This document shows, one piece after another, positions 32,939 to 42,092 of a stretch of DNA of 47,254 nt. The notes under the pieces are model-generated. The model was not told the DNA's origin. It did no database searches and saw nothing but the letters and a program-made list of their open reading frames with translations. Location of the stretch: assembly GCA_021781955.1 (NCBI GenBank), contig JAJXVV010000006.1, positions 1 through 47,254 on the forward strand, read 5' to 3'. Each line of letters opens with the position of its first letter. Position 1 is the stretch's first letter. Source of the DNA: a bacterium. GTDB lineage: Bacteria > Patescibacteriota > Minisyncoccia > Phycocordibacterales > UBA2100. Position numbers and translations under genes: made by a program.

Positions 32939-32972
32939 GAGGATCGCGTCCTAGCCGCTAGACGATAGGGCC
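32901..32972 (-). tRNA. tRNA-Glu(CTC)
   Basis: Acceptor GGCCCTA/TAGGGTC, anticodon arm cgatc-ctCTCac-gatcg, GGTTCGATTCC T-arm; no encoded CCA. Confidence 0.95.
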
Positions 32973-33037
32973 TCTACTTCGCATTACTGCGACGAGTAGC
33001 GGCATTTTAGCGTATTTCCTGGCCTCACGCGAGCCGC

Positions 33038-34762
33038 TCAATTCCGATCCGGCGGAATGTTGTAGTAGTTGATGAGGAACTGTTCGAGCTGATAGTACGG
33101 CTCGTCCCACGTGTACGCGGAATACTCCTGCCCCACCGGGCGGTAGGCGTAGAGGAAGATGATGAACTTCGGATCGCTCGCGGGCAGATAGCCGAAGAAC
33201 GAGTGGATGAATATGCCCATCGGGTAGTAGCCGCCAGCGGGATCGGGAATTTGTGCGGTGCCGGTTTTCGCGGCGGCGGTGTAATGTTGCATCTTGATCG
33301 CGCCGTGCAGTTCATAGTCGTCGTACACGGTTTCGAGCATGTGCGTGACCTCTTCTGCGGTCGTCGTGCTGAAAACGCGCACGCCTGCGCCCACGGGCAC
33401 CTGCCTCGTGATCCCGTTCTCGTACTGCACGGCAGTCACGACATGCGGGTCCGGCATGACGCCGCCATTCCCAAGCGCGGCGAGCGCGCGGATCATCTCG
33501 AGCGGCGTCACGGCGACCCCTTGGCCGAACGCCGCCGTGGCGTACTGCACCGCAGGACCGGTGCCGTTGCCGAGGCTATGCAGATCGGGCGGCGTTTCGT
33601 TGGGCAGGTCGATGCCGGTCGTCGTGGCAAAGTATGAATCCATGTAGCGCGTGAAGGTCGGGTAACCGGTCTTGGTGGCGACCCATGCGGCGCCGACGTT
33701 GAGCGACTGATCGAGTATCTGCCCCATCGAAATGACCCCGCGCGGCTTGAAGTCCCAGTTGCACACCTTCGCCTTCGAGTAGGTAGCGCACCCGGTGTCG
33801 TCGTACGTCGTATCCGGAGTGATGGCGCCGGAATCGATGCCCGCTGCCATCGTGAGCGGCTTCATGATCGAACCCATTTCGTATCGGCCGGTCGCGAGAC
33901 GGTTGCTGTAGATGCTCGGGTCGGTAACGCTGCCGGCGTTGTTGAGATTGAAATCCGGCAGTTGCGCCATCGCGATGATAGCGCCGGTATGCGGGTCCAT
34001 GATGATGCCGCCGTCGAAATCGGGCGTGTACTTCGTCATGACGGTCTGCAGCGTCGCCACGAGCTCTTGCTGCACGGAAGGCTCGATCGAGGTGATGACC
34101 GATCCGGTCTGCGCGCTCGGATCGCTCGAGAGCACGCTCTTCAGGTTGGTGAATATCTGCGCGAAAGGGTTCACGTAGAGCCCATTGTCGGGGAGCGAGA
34201 GCGTCGAGTTCCAACTTTTCTCAATGCCGTAGATGCCGGTCTTCATCGTGCTCGTACCCACGTAGCCGAGAAAGCCGACCGTCTGCGCCGCAAGATTACC
34301 TCCCGGGTAAAATCGCCACTGATCGGCGACCAAGAGCACCCCCGGAAGGCCGAGCGCGCGGATCTGCGCCGCCTGATCGTCGTTGACGTTGTACGCGATC
34401 TCCTCATAGGGATCGTTCGGCTTGGCCGCGCTCGCGAAGAAGTGCGTCGCGTCTATCGGAACGATGGCGTTCAGCTTCGCGTACGTGTCGGTCGCGTTTT
34501 TGAGATTCTCCGGCTGGATAGCGATGCGCCAGCCTGTTTGCATGACCGCAGCGGCCACGAGCTCGCCGTCCTTTGAGGTGAAATAGATGTTGCCGCGATC
34601 GGGTGAATCGGGATTCGCTTCGACATACTGCGAGATGGCGTCTTGCTGGTAGGAAGCGCTGTCGACCACTTGGATGAAGTAGAGACGCACGACGATGAGG
34701 AGCGCGAACGCGACGAACGCACTCGCCAAGAGCCGGGTACGGAGAATGAACTTAGTTCGCAT
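33038..34762 (-). CDS. Class B penicillin-binding protein (FtsI/PBP2-like)
   Basis: N-terminal TM helix, RGNIY, SIMK (SxxK), SLN (SxN) and KTGTAQ; dcw context. Confidence 0.92.
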   Translation of the reverse strand: MRTKFILRTRLLASAFVAFALLIVVRLYFIQVVDSASYQQDAISQYVEANPDSPDRGNIYFTSKDGELVAAAVMQTGWRIAIQPENLKNATDTYAKLNAIVPIDATHFFASAAKPNDPYEEIAYNVNDDQAAQIRALGLPGVLLVADQWRFYPGGNLAAQTVGFLGYVGTSTMKTGIYGIEKSWNSTLSLPDNGLYVNPFAQIFTNLKSVLSSDPSAQTGSVITSIEPSVQQELVATLQTVMTKYTPDFDGGIIMDPHTGAIIAMAQLPDFNLNNAGSVTDPSIYSNRLATGRYEMGSIMKPLTMAAGIDSGAITPDTTYDDTGCATYSKAKVCNWDFKPRGVISMGQILDQSLNVGAAWVATKTGYPTFTRYMDSYFATTTGIDLPNETPPDLHSLGNGTGPAVQYATAAFGQGVAVTPLEMIRALAALGNGGVMPDPHVVTAVQYENGITRQVPVGAGVRVFSTTTAEEVTHMLETVYDDYELHGAIKMQHYTAAAKTGTAQIPDPAGGYYPMGIFIHSFFGYLPASDPKFIIFLYAYRPVGQEYSAYTWDEPYYQLEQFLINYYNIPPDRN

Positions 34763-35153
34763 TGTGTGCCATTGTAGCAACGCCGATGACGCCTGGACGG
34801 TAGACGTATTGGGTCGAGGCGACCGGCGCCAGGCCCAGCTTTGCTCCCTCTTGCGGCGTGATGGCCGAGGTAAGATCGAGGTAATGCTGCTCCAGCATGC
34901 CTATGTTACCGTTGATCGTGTCGATCTGGACGAGCGCCTCGCGACGCGCCATGACGTTCAGAATAGACGCGCTGACGAAATAGAGGTAGAGCGCGAAGAG
35001 GACGACGAGCGTCGCGCCGAGGACGCGGGTGAGGAGCCGCTCGCGCGGATGCTCGAGCGCGATCGATACGGCCTGCGACCCAGCGATAAATTCAAACTTC
35101 CCCTGGAGCACCGAGGTTTTGTACTTGCTTATTTTGAGCACTTGCTTGGTCAT
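34752..35153 (-). CDS. Bitopic membrane protein, FtsL-like by position
   Basis: One TM helix plus a short coiled coil between rsmH and the PBP gene. Confidence 0.6.
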   Translation of the reverse strand: MTKQVLKISKYKTSVLQGKFEFIAGSQAVSIALEHPRERLLTRVLGATLVVLFALYLYFVSASILNVMARREALVQIDTINGNIGMLEQHYLDLTSAITPQEGAKLGLAPVASTQYVYRPGVIGVATMAHNAN

Positions 35154-36102
35154 ATAATGCTGCTTTTACGATAATGCGCAGTTTGGCGCTGCGCGCGCGA
35201 CGATTCTGTGAGAGCTCCGTATCGGAAGCTGTCAGAGGTTTCCTGGTGAGGTGGACCGCCTTGCCTTCGCGCACAAATCCTGCGAGGAGACGCTTCACTG
35301 CCCTGTCTTCGATCGAGTGGAAGGTGATGACCGCGAGTCGGCCGGCTGGTTCGAGCATCTCGAACGCCGAACGGATCCCCTCGTCGAGCGCACCGAATTC
35401 ATCGTTGACGGCGATGCGCAACGCTTGAAAGGTCCGGGTCGCCGGATGGATCCGACCGCGTCGATAAGCCGCAGGCACCGCCTGCGCGATGCATTCCGCG
35501 AGCTCTCGAGCGGTCGCGAACGGCCGCTGCATGCGTCGCTCGACGAGCGCCTTCGCGATGCGGCGCGAATACCGCTCCTCTCCGAAGCCATAGATGATGT
35601 CCGCGAGCGTCGTTTCCTGCCACGTGTTGACTACCGTGGCCGCGGTCACGTCGCGCTGGTCCTTCGAGTACGTCATCAGGAGCGGTTCGTCTGCCGAGAT
35701 CGAAAACCCTCTTCCGGAGTCGAGCTGGTACGAGCTCCACCCGAGATCGAAGAGAGCCTTCGTCAGTTTCTTGACGCCCCGCTTCGCGAGTTCCGTCTTG
35801 AGATCGCGAAAATCCGCTCGAATGAGATGCACGGTCGCCTGGGATCCTGCAAGCGCTCGCTCCCCGCGAGCGATCGCGTCAGCATCGAGATCGAAACCGA
35901 CGAACACGCCTTCGCTTCCGAGCGATGCCGCGAGCGCCTTCGCGTGCCCCGCGCCACCCAAGGTGGCGTCGAGCACGATGTCGTTCTGCCGCACATCGAG
36001 CGCTTCCACTACGTCATGTAAAAGAACCGCCTGGTGTACCTGTTTCGCAGGTGGCACCGGATCGTCGGAGGAAGGTGAGCGTCTTGTGCGCGAGACGTTC
36101 AT
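35092..36102 (-). CDS. rsmH: 16S rRNA C1402 N4-methyltransferase
   Basis: DATLGGAGH, DLGWSSYQ, HPATRTFQALRIAVN, FHSIEDR and RSAKLR motifs. Confidence 0.96.
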   Translation of the reverse strand: MNVSRTRRSPSSDDPVPPAKQVHQAVLLHDVVEALDVRQNDIVLDATLGGAGHAKALAASLGSEGVFVGFDLDADAIARGERALAGSQATVHLIRADFRDLKTELAKRGVKKLTKALFDLGWSSYQLDSGRGFSISADEPLLMTYSKDQRDVTAATVVNTWQETTLADIIYGFGEERYSRRIAKALVERRMQRPFATARELAECIAQAVPAAYRRGRIHPATRTFQALRIAVNDEFGALDEGIRSAFEMLEPAGRLAVITFHSIEDRAVKRLLAGFVREGKAVHLTRKPLTASDTELSQNRRARSAKLRIIVKAALYDQASAQNKQVQNLGAPGEV

Positions 36103-36135
36103 AAAAAATTGATCCTCCGGCGATCCGAAGCCGCC

Positions 36136-36570
36136 TTACAATGCGCCAATCTCGCCGAGTTTCTCTGCGAGCGCATCCGCTTGTTTCTCGATCTTCGCTT
36201 TGTATCCGTGCCAACGCTCCGCGTCCCACACCTCGACCCGATCGGAGACCCCGGCAAAAACGACCGTCTTGCCGAGGCCCGCGAACTGCTTGTGATGTTC
36301 CGGTATGAGCACGCGCCCGATCTGGTCGACCTCGAGCTCCGAGGCGCCCGACAGGATGAAACGGCTGAAGCCGCGCGTATCCGCCTGCGCGAAAGAAAGT
36401 TCGCCAAGCCGCCCTGCGACCTTCTGCCAACCCGCCTTCGGGTAGACGAAGAGGCAGTTGTCCAAGCCGCGCGTAACGACGATGCGCTTTCCCAGTCCGG
36501 CACGAAACGTTTTCGGGAGACTCACCCGCTTCTTTTCGTCGAGCGTATGTTCGTACTCACCGATGAACAT
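36136..36570 (-). CDS. mraZ: Division/cell wall cluster transcriptional repressor
   Basis: MFIGEYEHTLDEKKRVSLP and DQIGRVLIP motifs. Confidence 0.97.
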   Translation of the reverse strand: MFIGEYEHTLDEKKRVSLPKTFRAGLGKRIVVTRGLDNCLFVYPKAGWQKVAGRLGELSFAQADTRGFSRFILSGASELEVDQIGRVLIPEHHKQFAGLGKTVVFAGVSDRVEVWDAERWHGYKAKIEKQADALAEKLGEIGAL

Positions 36571-36574
36571 GATT

Positions 36575-36639
36575 TTCCACTTTTTCCCACTACTAAGTAA
36601 TATATCCCACTATACACCACCGCAAGCCAGTTATCCACA
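36575..36639 (-). promoter_or_regulatory. mraZ promoter with MraZ-binding GTGG repeats and a DnaA box
   Basis: CCAC (GTGG on minus) ends at 36580, 36590, 36610 and 36620 (10-bp phasing); TATAGT -10 at 36609-36614; perfect TTATCCACA at 36631-36639. Confidence 0.75.
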
Positions 36640-36740
36640 CCCGAGAGCCGGATCAGGAAAGTGAAGGTCGGCGAATAGCGGCGCGCGGCTGGCGTCTCGC
36701 GCCGACCGACGCGAAGTTTTCTTTGTGCTAAAATCGCCGC

Positions 36741-38327
36741 ATGTTATCCATCTTCAAGAGCGCGACGCCGGAAGCGCTTGAAGACATACACGAGGAGATG
36801 CGCGTGCGGCAGACCGACCGCTTCATTTTCCTCTTCTCGATGGGCTCGCAGTTCGATCATCTCATCGTCCAGCAGATCTCGCGCCTCGGCGCCTACTGCG
36901 TCGTCGCCGATCCCTCGAGTGTGAAGGCCGAAGACGTGCGAAGGGCGGCGCCTTCGGGCATCATCCTCTCGGGCGGCCCCGCGTCGGTCTTCGATGAACC
37001 GCCGCCTTTCGACGATGCGATATTCGACCTTGGCATTCCGACGCTTGGCGTGTGTCTCGGTTTCCAGATGTGGGCCAAGCACGTGGGCGCCGAGGTCGCG
37101 CCGCAATCCAAGCGCGAGTTCGGCGTGCACACGTTCCGGATCAAGAAAGGCGGATCTTCGCTCTTCGAGGGCGTCTCGAACGAGACGCAGGTGCTTGAAA
37201 GCCACGGCGACGCCATCAGCGACGCGCCGTTCGAGATACTTGGCGCAACGGACAATGCGGAAGTGGCCGCGGGGCACGCGGGGCATTTGTGGGGCGTTCA
37301 ATTTCACCCGGAGGTGACCGACACGCTTGAGGGCGGAAAGATGTACGACAATTTCTTGAACATCTGCGGCATCACCGAGCGCTTTCCTGCTCGCAGCGTC
37401 GCGCAGGCGAAGATCGCGGAGCTCAAGAAGATCGTCGCGGGAAAGCGCGTGCTCATCGCGCTCTCCGGGGGTTCCGACTCCTCGGTCGTCGCGTACCTGC
37501 TCAAAGAGGCCGGTGCGCGGCTGAAGGGTGTCTACATCCGTGGCATCGACCGTCCCGACGACGAAGTCTACGTACACGAATACTTCGGCGAGGAAAATTG
37601 GATCGAGCTGGAAATCGCCGACGCGACCGATGAATTCTTGAAAGCGCTCAAAGGCCACGCGAGCATGCGCGACAAGCGCCTCGCGATGCGCGGCGTGTAT
37701 AAAGAGGTGCTCGAAAAGAAGCTCAAGTCGTGGAAGGCCGATTTCATCGCGCAGGGCACACTTTACACCGATATCCGCGAGAGCGGCCACGGCCACGCCA
37801 CGGGCGCGCGCGTCGCCGAGATCAAGGTGCATCACAACGTGAAGCTTGGTTTCTCCGTGCCGGAGATCGCGCCGCTCGAAACCGAGGTGAAGGATTCGGC
37901 GCGCGGCATCGGCCGCGAGCTCGGCGTGCCCGAAGACCTGCTCGTGCGCCACCCCTTCCCCGGCCCGGGCCTCGTGGTACGCATCGAGGGCGAGGTGACT
38001 GCCGAAACGCTCCGCATCGCGCGCGCGTGCGATGAGATCTACATCGAAGAACTTCGCGCTGCCGGGCTGTACGAGAGCGTCTGGCAAGCGGGGGCGACGT
38101 TCACCCGTTCGATGCACACCGAAAGCAAGGGCGACGGCGCAGGCCTCGGCGCCGTGCTCGCGCTCTGGGCCGTGTGGAGCGTGAACGGCTTTACTGCGCG
38201 CTTCGCCCAGCTCCCCTACGACTTCCTCGACAAAGTCTCGCGCCGCATTACCAACGAGGTCCGCGAGGTGGCCGCGGTCGTCTACCGCATCTCCGACAAA
38301 CCCCCCGCGACTATCGAGTGGGGTTGA
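36741..38327 (+). CDS. guaA: GMP synthase (glutamine-hydrolysing)
   Basis: LSGGPASV, GVCLG, VQFHPE, SGGSDS PP-loop, HPFPGPGL and KPPATIEW motifs. Confidence 0.96.
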   Translation: MLSIFKSATPEALEDIHEEMRVRQTDRFIFLFSMGSQFDHLIVQQISRLGAYCVVADPSSVKAEDVRRAAPSGIILSGGPASVFDEPPPFDDAIFDLGIPTLGVCLGFQMWAKHVGAEVAPQSKREFGVHTFRIKKGGSSLFEGVSNETQVLESHGDAISDAPFEILGATDNAEVAAGHAGHLWGVQFHPEVTDTLEGGKMYDNFLNICGITERFPARSVAQAKIAELKKIVAGKRVLIALSGGSDSSVVAYLLKEAGARLKGVYIRGIDRPDDEVYVHEYFGEENWIELEIADATDEFLKALKGHASMRDKRLAMRGVYKEVLEKKLKSWKADFIAQGTLYTDIRESGHGHATGARVAEIKVHHNVKLGFSVPEIAPLETEVKDSARGIGRELGVPEDLLVRHPFPGPGLVVRIEGEVTAETLRIARACDEIYIEELRAAGLYESVWQAGATFTRSMHTESKGDGAGLGAVLALWAVWSVNGFTARFAQLPYDFLDKVSRRITNEVREVAAVVYRISDKPPATIEWG

Positions 38328-39663
38328 AGGGATGTTCGTCGAACGCTTTCGTCCACACGCTCACGAAGCGCGGCAGCCAAGAATTGGCTGCCGCGCTTTT
38401 ATATGCCCAGGTTTTGTACGGCTTTCCCTCTCGTGAGAGGAGTTCCGGGTACGCGCCATGCTTTTCTATTTCCTGCCGAATTGCGCGGAGTATGCGGCGT
38501 GCTTCGTCCGCATATGCGCGCTCGTACGCGCCGAGGTCGAGCAGTCGGTCAGCGAATTCAGTGTTGAACGCGGGCCACACGGTGCGGCCTTGATACGATG
38601 GCGCGGCGACGCGGTGCACCGCGCGACGGCGCGGATTGCGCACCGACATGAGGTACAGTCCCGTTTTTTCATTACGGAACGCTGCCTCGTTGAGCACGAT
38701 ATCCGCGGTCGCACGAAAAAGGCGTCGCTCATGCGTGTCGGACAGATCCCAAAAACCATGCTGGGTATGTGCGAAATCCAACGACACATCGGCTGCAACG
38801 CTCGCAGCCTCCCGTTCAAGCGAGTGGCGGACATAGCCGCGATCGCCGAAGATGTCGAGAATGTCTGCTTTGTAGTGCTTGAGCGTGCGGCCGAGCAGCC
38901 GAGCAACAGTTTGGTCGTCGATGATGCCCAGATCCACGGCGCGCGCGAAGGTCGTCCAGGTGTTGGCATTGGTGACGAAGCGTAGTTTCTCTGCGCGTGT
39001 GTCGGTCGCTGAAGAGCGCGCCTTACTTGCGTCACACAACAGCCGCACGCGCTTCCCGAGCTTCACCCGTTCCAAACCACCTGCCAACTGTGTGAGTGCG
39101 GTGCGCAGATCGTTCCCGTACTCCGTGCGAGATTCCTGGCCAACAGCGCGCGCACGCGCGTAGACGTCCTCATACGCTGAACCTGCCGGCGCTTCGATGA
39201 GCTGGTCGAGCGCCGCGATGCTGCCGAGCAGCGAATCCGAAGGCGGCGAGAAATAATTCGCCCCCAGCATGCGCCGTTTTGTGAGCGGCACGAGCGTCGT
39301 CGTCACGTTGCCGCTCCGCACGCTTTCGAGCACGAGCCGCGCGCTGCGCTCCATAAGCACCACGCGCGCCTCGGCATCTTCTTCACTCACGATGGTGGCC
39401 GGATCGAGGAGCGCCGGATAGAACCAGGCGAAATTGCGCGGATAGTACGCGCGCGCATGAGGGGCGCCCGTCACGATGAACGGCAATTCTAGCGAAAAAG
39501 CAGAAGCGACTGCATGACGATAAATCGTGCTGAAGTCCCTGCGGCGCACGCGCGAGCGCGTGCGCCGCAGCCGGTCGCTCGCGAAATTATACATTTGTAT
39601 CGCGTTGGCAATGCTCTGCGCGAGCCTACCCGAGTAGACCCGCACCTGTCGTTTTGAGTTCAT
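38311..39663 (-). CDS. Putative six-hairpin glycoside hydrolase (glycogen-debranching/invertase-like)
   Basis: TGAPH..YYPRNF, YQGRTVWP and YPELL..GKPY motifs resemble (alpha/alpha)6 glycosidases; assignment is tentative. Confidence 0.55.
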   Translation of the reverse strand: MNSKRQVRVYSGRLAQSIANAIQMYNFASDRLRRTRSRVRRRDFSTIYRHAVASAFSLELPFIVTGAPHARAYYPRNFAWFYPALLDPATIVSEEDAEARVVLMERSARLVLESVRSGNVTTTLVPLTKRRMLGANYFSPPSDSLLGSIAALDQLIEAPAGSAYEDVYARARAVGQESRTEYGNDLRTALTQLAGGLERVKLGKRVRLLCDASKARSSATDTRAEKLRFVTNANTWTTFARAVDLGIIDDQTVARLLGRTLKHYKADILDIFGDRGYVRHSLEREAASVAADVSLDFAHTQHGFWDLSDTHERRLFRATADIVLNEAAFRNEKTGLYLMSVRNPRRRAVHRVAAPSYQGRTVWPAFNTEFADRLLDLGAYERAYADEARRILRAIRQEIEKHGAYPELLSREGKPYKTWAYKSAAANSWLPRFVSVWTKAFDEHPFNPTR

Positions 39664-39674
39664 AAAGTAACCAG

Positions 39675-39745
39675 TGGACCTACGGGGAGTCGGACCCCGA
39701 CCTCGTCCATGCCATGGACGCGTTCTACCGCTGAACTATAGGCCC
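39675..39745 (-). tRNA. tRNA-Ala(GGC)
   Basis: Acceptor GGGCCTA/TAGGTCC with G3:U70; anticodon cgtcc-atGGCat-ggacg; T-loop reads TCCGACT. Confidence 0.92.
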
Positions 39746-39820
39746 AAGTGAAGAACAATGCGGAAGCTCGCTCGCATTTTTCCCGAACGCCAGGTCTACA
39801 TGGCTTCCGCATATAGGCCC
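39746..39820 (-). ncRNA. 75-nt structured leader of tRNA-Ala(GGC), copy A
   Basis: 62/75 ungapped identity with 45261-45335; TAGTAT -10 box 10 nt upstream. Confidence 0.65.
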
Positions 39821-39861
39821 GAATTCATGAATACTAGCAAAAAGTGATAGGATGAGCCATC

Positions 39862-39933
39862 CCCCGCGTCGTTCAATGGATAGGACGCAAGCTTCCGGAG
39901 CTTGTAATGTGGGTTCGATTCCTGCCGCGGGGA
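39862..39933 (+). tRNA. tRNA-Arg(CCG)
   Basis: Acceptor CCCCGCG/CGCGGGG; anticodon caagc-ttCCGga-gcttg; abuts the prs stop codon. Confidence 0.95.
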
Positions 39934-40890
39934 CTAATCGGTTTCGAACAATTCGCTCAACGATTCGTCGCTCTCCAAACGGCGGATGGCCTCAGCGAAA
40001 AGCTCGCCGACCGAGATAACTTCGATCTTATCCGCAAGCGTGCGGCCGGTCGAGACGGAATCGGTGATGAAAAGCTTCTTGATAGCGGACTTCTGCACGG
40101 TCTCGACGGCAGCGCCGGAGAGGACGCCGTGCGTCGCGGTCGCGTAGATCTCGCGCGCGCCGCTCTCGACGAGGAGATCAGCGGCGCGGGAAAGCGTGCC
40201 GCAGGTGTCGGCCATGTCATCGGTGATAAGTGCGACCTTGCCTTTCACGTCGCCGACGAGCTTCATGTGCGCAACCTGGTTCGGGATGTCGCGCTCCTTA
40301 TGGATGATGGCGAGCTCGCCCTCTCTCATGAGCCGCTTGCCATAGGATTGCGCGCGCACCACGCCGCCCGCATCGGGAGAGACGACCACAAGCTCGTCCC
40401 GCGAGAGCGCGTCCTTGAAGAGCTCCTTGAAATGCGGGACGAAGACGCGGCGCGCGTAGAGGTTGTCGACGATGGTCTTGCGGAAAAAGCCGCCGATGGC
40501 GTCGTTGTGGAGGTCGAGCGTGAGCAGGCGATCGGCGCCCATGCTCTCGAGCATGGTGGCGAAAACGCGCGCCGAGATCGGTTCGCGGGATTTCGTCTTA
40601 CGGTCCTGGCGCGAGTATCCGAAGTACGGCATGACGACCGTGATTTCGTGCGCGGAGGCGCGCCGAGCCGCGTCGAGCGCCAAAAGCAGCCGCACCCAAT
40701 TCTCAGCGGGCGGATTGGTCGATTGCACGAGGAACACGTGTTTGCCGCGCAGATTCTCTAGGAACTGAACCTGCTGCTCTCCGTCGGAGAAGGCGCGACA
40801 TTTGACGGCGCCGAGCGGAACATTCAAATTCTCGGAAATCTTCTGCGCCAATCCGTCGTTGCTGCCGAGACTGAAGAGCTTGTACTCCAT
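39934..40890 (-). CDS. prs: Ribose-phosphate pyrophosphokinase
   Basis: FSDGE, PYFGYSRQDRK, DLH, VSPDAGG and DDMADTCGT motifs. Confidence 0.97.
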   Translation of the reverse strand: MEYKLFSLGSNDGLAQKISENLNVPLGAVKCRAFSDGEQQVQFLENLRGKHVFLVQSTNPPAENWVRLLLALDAARRASAHEITVVMPYFGYSRQDRKTKSREPISARVFATMLESMGADRLLTLDLHNDAIGGFFRKTIVDNLYARRVFVPHFKELFKDALSRDELVVVSPDAGGVVRAQSYGKRLMREGELAIIHKERDIPNQVAHMKLVGDVKGKVALITDDMADTCGTLSRAADLLVESGAREIYATATHGVLSGAAVETVQKSAIKKLFITDSVSTGRTLADKIEVISVGELFAEAIRRLESDESLSELFETD

Positions 40891-40915
40891 TGAGAGCCTA
40901 GTATAGCAGATGATT

Positions 40916-40986
40916 TCGGGATGCCGAGAATCGAACTCGGGCTACAAGCACCCCATGCTTGCGTACTACCACTATACGACATCCCG
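40916..40986 (-). tRNA. tRNA-Pro(GGG)
   Basis: Acceptor CGGGATG/CATCCCG; anticodon caagc-atGGGgt-gcttg. Confidence 0.93.
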
Positions 40987-41014
40987 TTCTGGTCCGATGC
41001 GATCAGGTCCTGTT

Positions 41015-41085
41015 TCGGGCCGCCGGGAATCGAACCCGGTCTTTACGCACCCGAAGCGCACGTACTACCGGTATACTACGGCCCG
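41015..41085 (-). tRNA. tRNA-Pro(CGG)
   Basis: Acceptor CGGGCCG/CGGCCCG; anticodon tgcgc-ttCGGgt-gcgta. Confidence 0.93.
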
Positions 41086-41147
41086 AAACAGAACCCCATC
41101 CATCCGTGACATATATGTATACCATGCCGCCAGCCTATTCCCCAGCA

Positions 41148-41183
41148 TAAAAAAGCGACCCCGAGGCTTGGGCCTGGGGTCGC
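41148..41183 (-). terminator. Intrinsic terminator downstream of the small Cys-rich gene
   Basis: gcgacccc..aggc/gcct.ggggtcgc hairpin with an A-run on the plus-strand left side (T-run on minus). Confidence 0.75.
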
Positions 41184-41237
41184 GAAGTAAGTGTCCTGCG
41201 TCTATCGCGCAGTGTTTTAGAATTCGATCACCTCCCT

Positions 41238-41519
41238 TCACGCATGACCGCATTCCGCGTCATTGTCGAGGAAACGCAGGACGCAGGCATTACTGCAGAA
41301 CACCAGCATTCCGTAAATGTCGGCGCCATTGCACTTGTAAAGCGTCGGGAACGCGCGCCCGTTCTTCAGCCTGAAGCGAGTGCCGCAAGCTGGACACGTG
41401 TGCGCTTGTTCCGGGCTTACGTGGTGGTCTTCAGCGAAGAATCCTCCGTTCATCGGATATGGTGAGCCGATAGGGATAGTCGGCTGCGGGTCAAGCATCG
41501 GGATCATATCGCCCTCCAT
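41238..41519 (-). CDS. Small Cys-rich putative zinc-finger protein
   Basis: CPACG..FCSNAC treble-clef-like ligands; followed by a terminator. Confidence 0.55.
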   Translation of the reverse strand: MEGDMIPMLDPQPTIPIGSPYPMNGGFFAEDHHVSPEQAHTCPACGTRFRLKNGRAFPTLYKCNGADIYGMLVFCSNACVLRFLDNDAECGHA

Positions 41520-41681
41520 CGTTCAAGAGACACCTTGTGGAAGGATTCGTATCCGAGAGATAAACGCCAATGTCAGTCTTTGCCAGGACACCTCCTATGC
41601 AATTATCAGAGAACTTGCTCATCCTACACCTATCCGAGCGATTTGCATCATCGTTCGCCAAACTTGTGGACAAGCACCGCT

Positions 41682-41732
41682 GTGAGTCTCTACCAGTCCG
41701 CTCGCACCTATTTTAGCAGAAAACAGGGGTAA
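41682..41732 (+). other. Detached native C-terminal tail of LSR1 (left att junction)
   Basis: gtg agt ctc tac cag tcc gct cgc acc tat ttt agc aga aaa cag ggg taa; aligns without gaps to the tail at 47131-47184. Confidence 0.75.
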
Positions 41733-42049
41733 ATACCCCTTCATTCGGGGGTGGTTTACCCCATCATGCACCCCATCATGCGGTACCCCTCGGCATGATG
41801 GGGTAGCTCACCTCGATATTGGCTTTAATGCTAGGCTTTTCGGTGGTCGCTCTCAAAAATCCTAAGTCCTACTTCACTCCGCTCCAGCCCCTTGCTGTCG
41901 CTCCGTGAAGGGCGGCCACGGAGTACCGTGTCCGCCCCTCCGCAATTCCGAGTCTGTGCCTCGGCCTTCTCCTTCCGTCCCGCAGTTTCTTTTTTGTTGG
42001 GGGGGTTAGAACCACGAGAAAAAAGGATGGGACGGGAAGGGGGAAGGCC
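41725..42049. repeat. Origin-like repeat and hairpin region of element 1
   Basis: accccatcatgc tandem at 41758-41769 and 41770-41781, inverted at 41793-41804; IR at 41725-41740; long imperfect hairpin at 41963-42049. Confidence 0.7.
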
Positions 42050-42092
42050 TCGTTTCCGGGGGTCGTAAGTGGGTATAATCTACCTAATAGCT

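Noticed and set aside
39746-39820. HDV-like theta ribozyme
   Set aside because: Theta ribozymes lie 3' of tRNAs and need a P3/L3 element; this element is 5' of the tRNA and has no room for P3.
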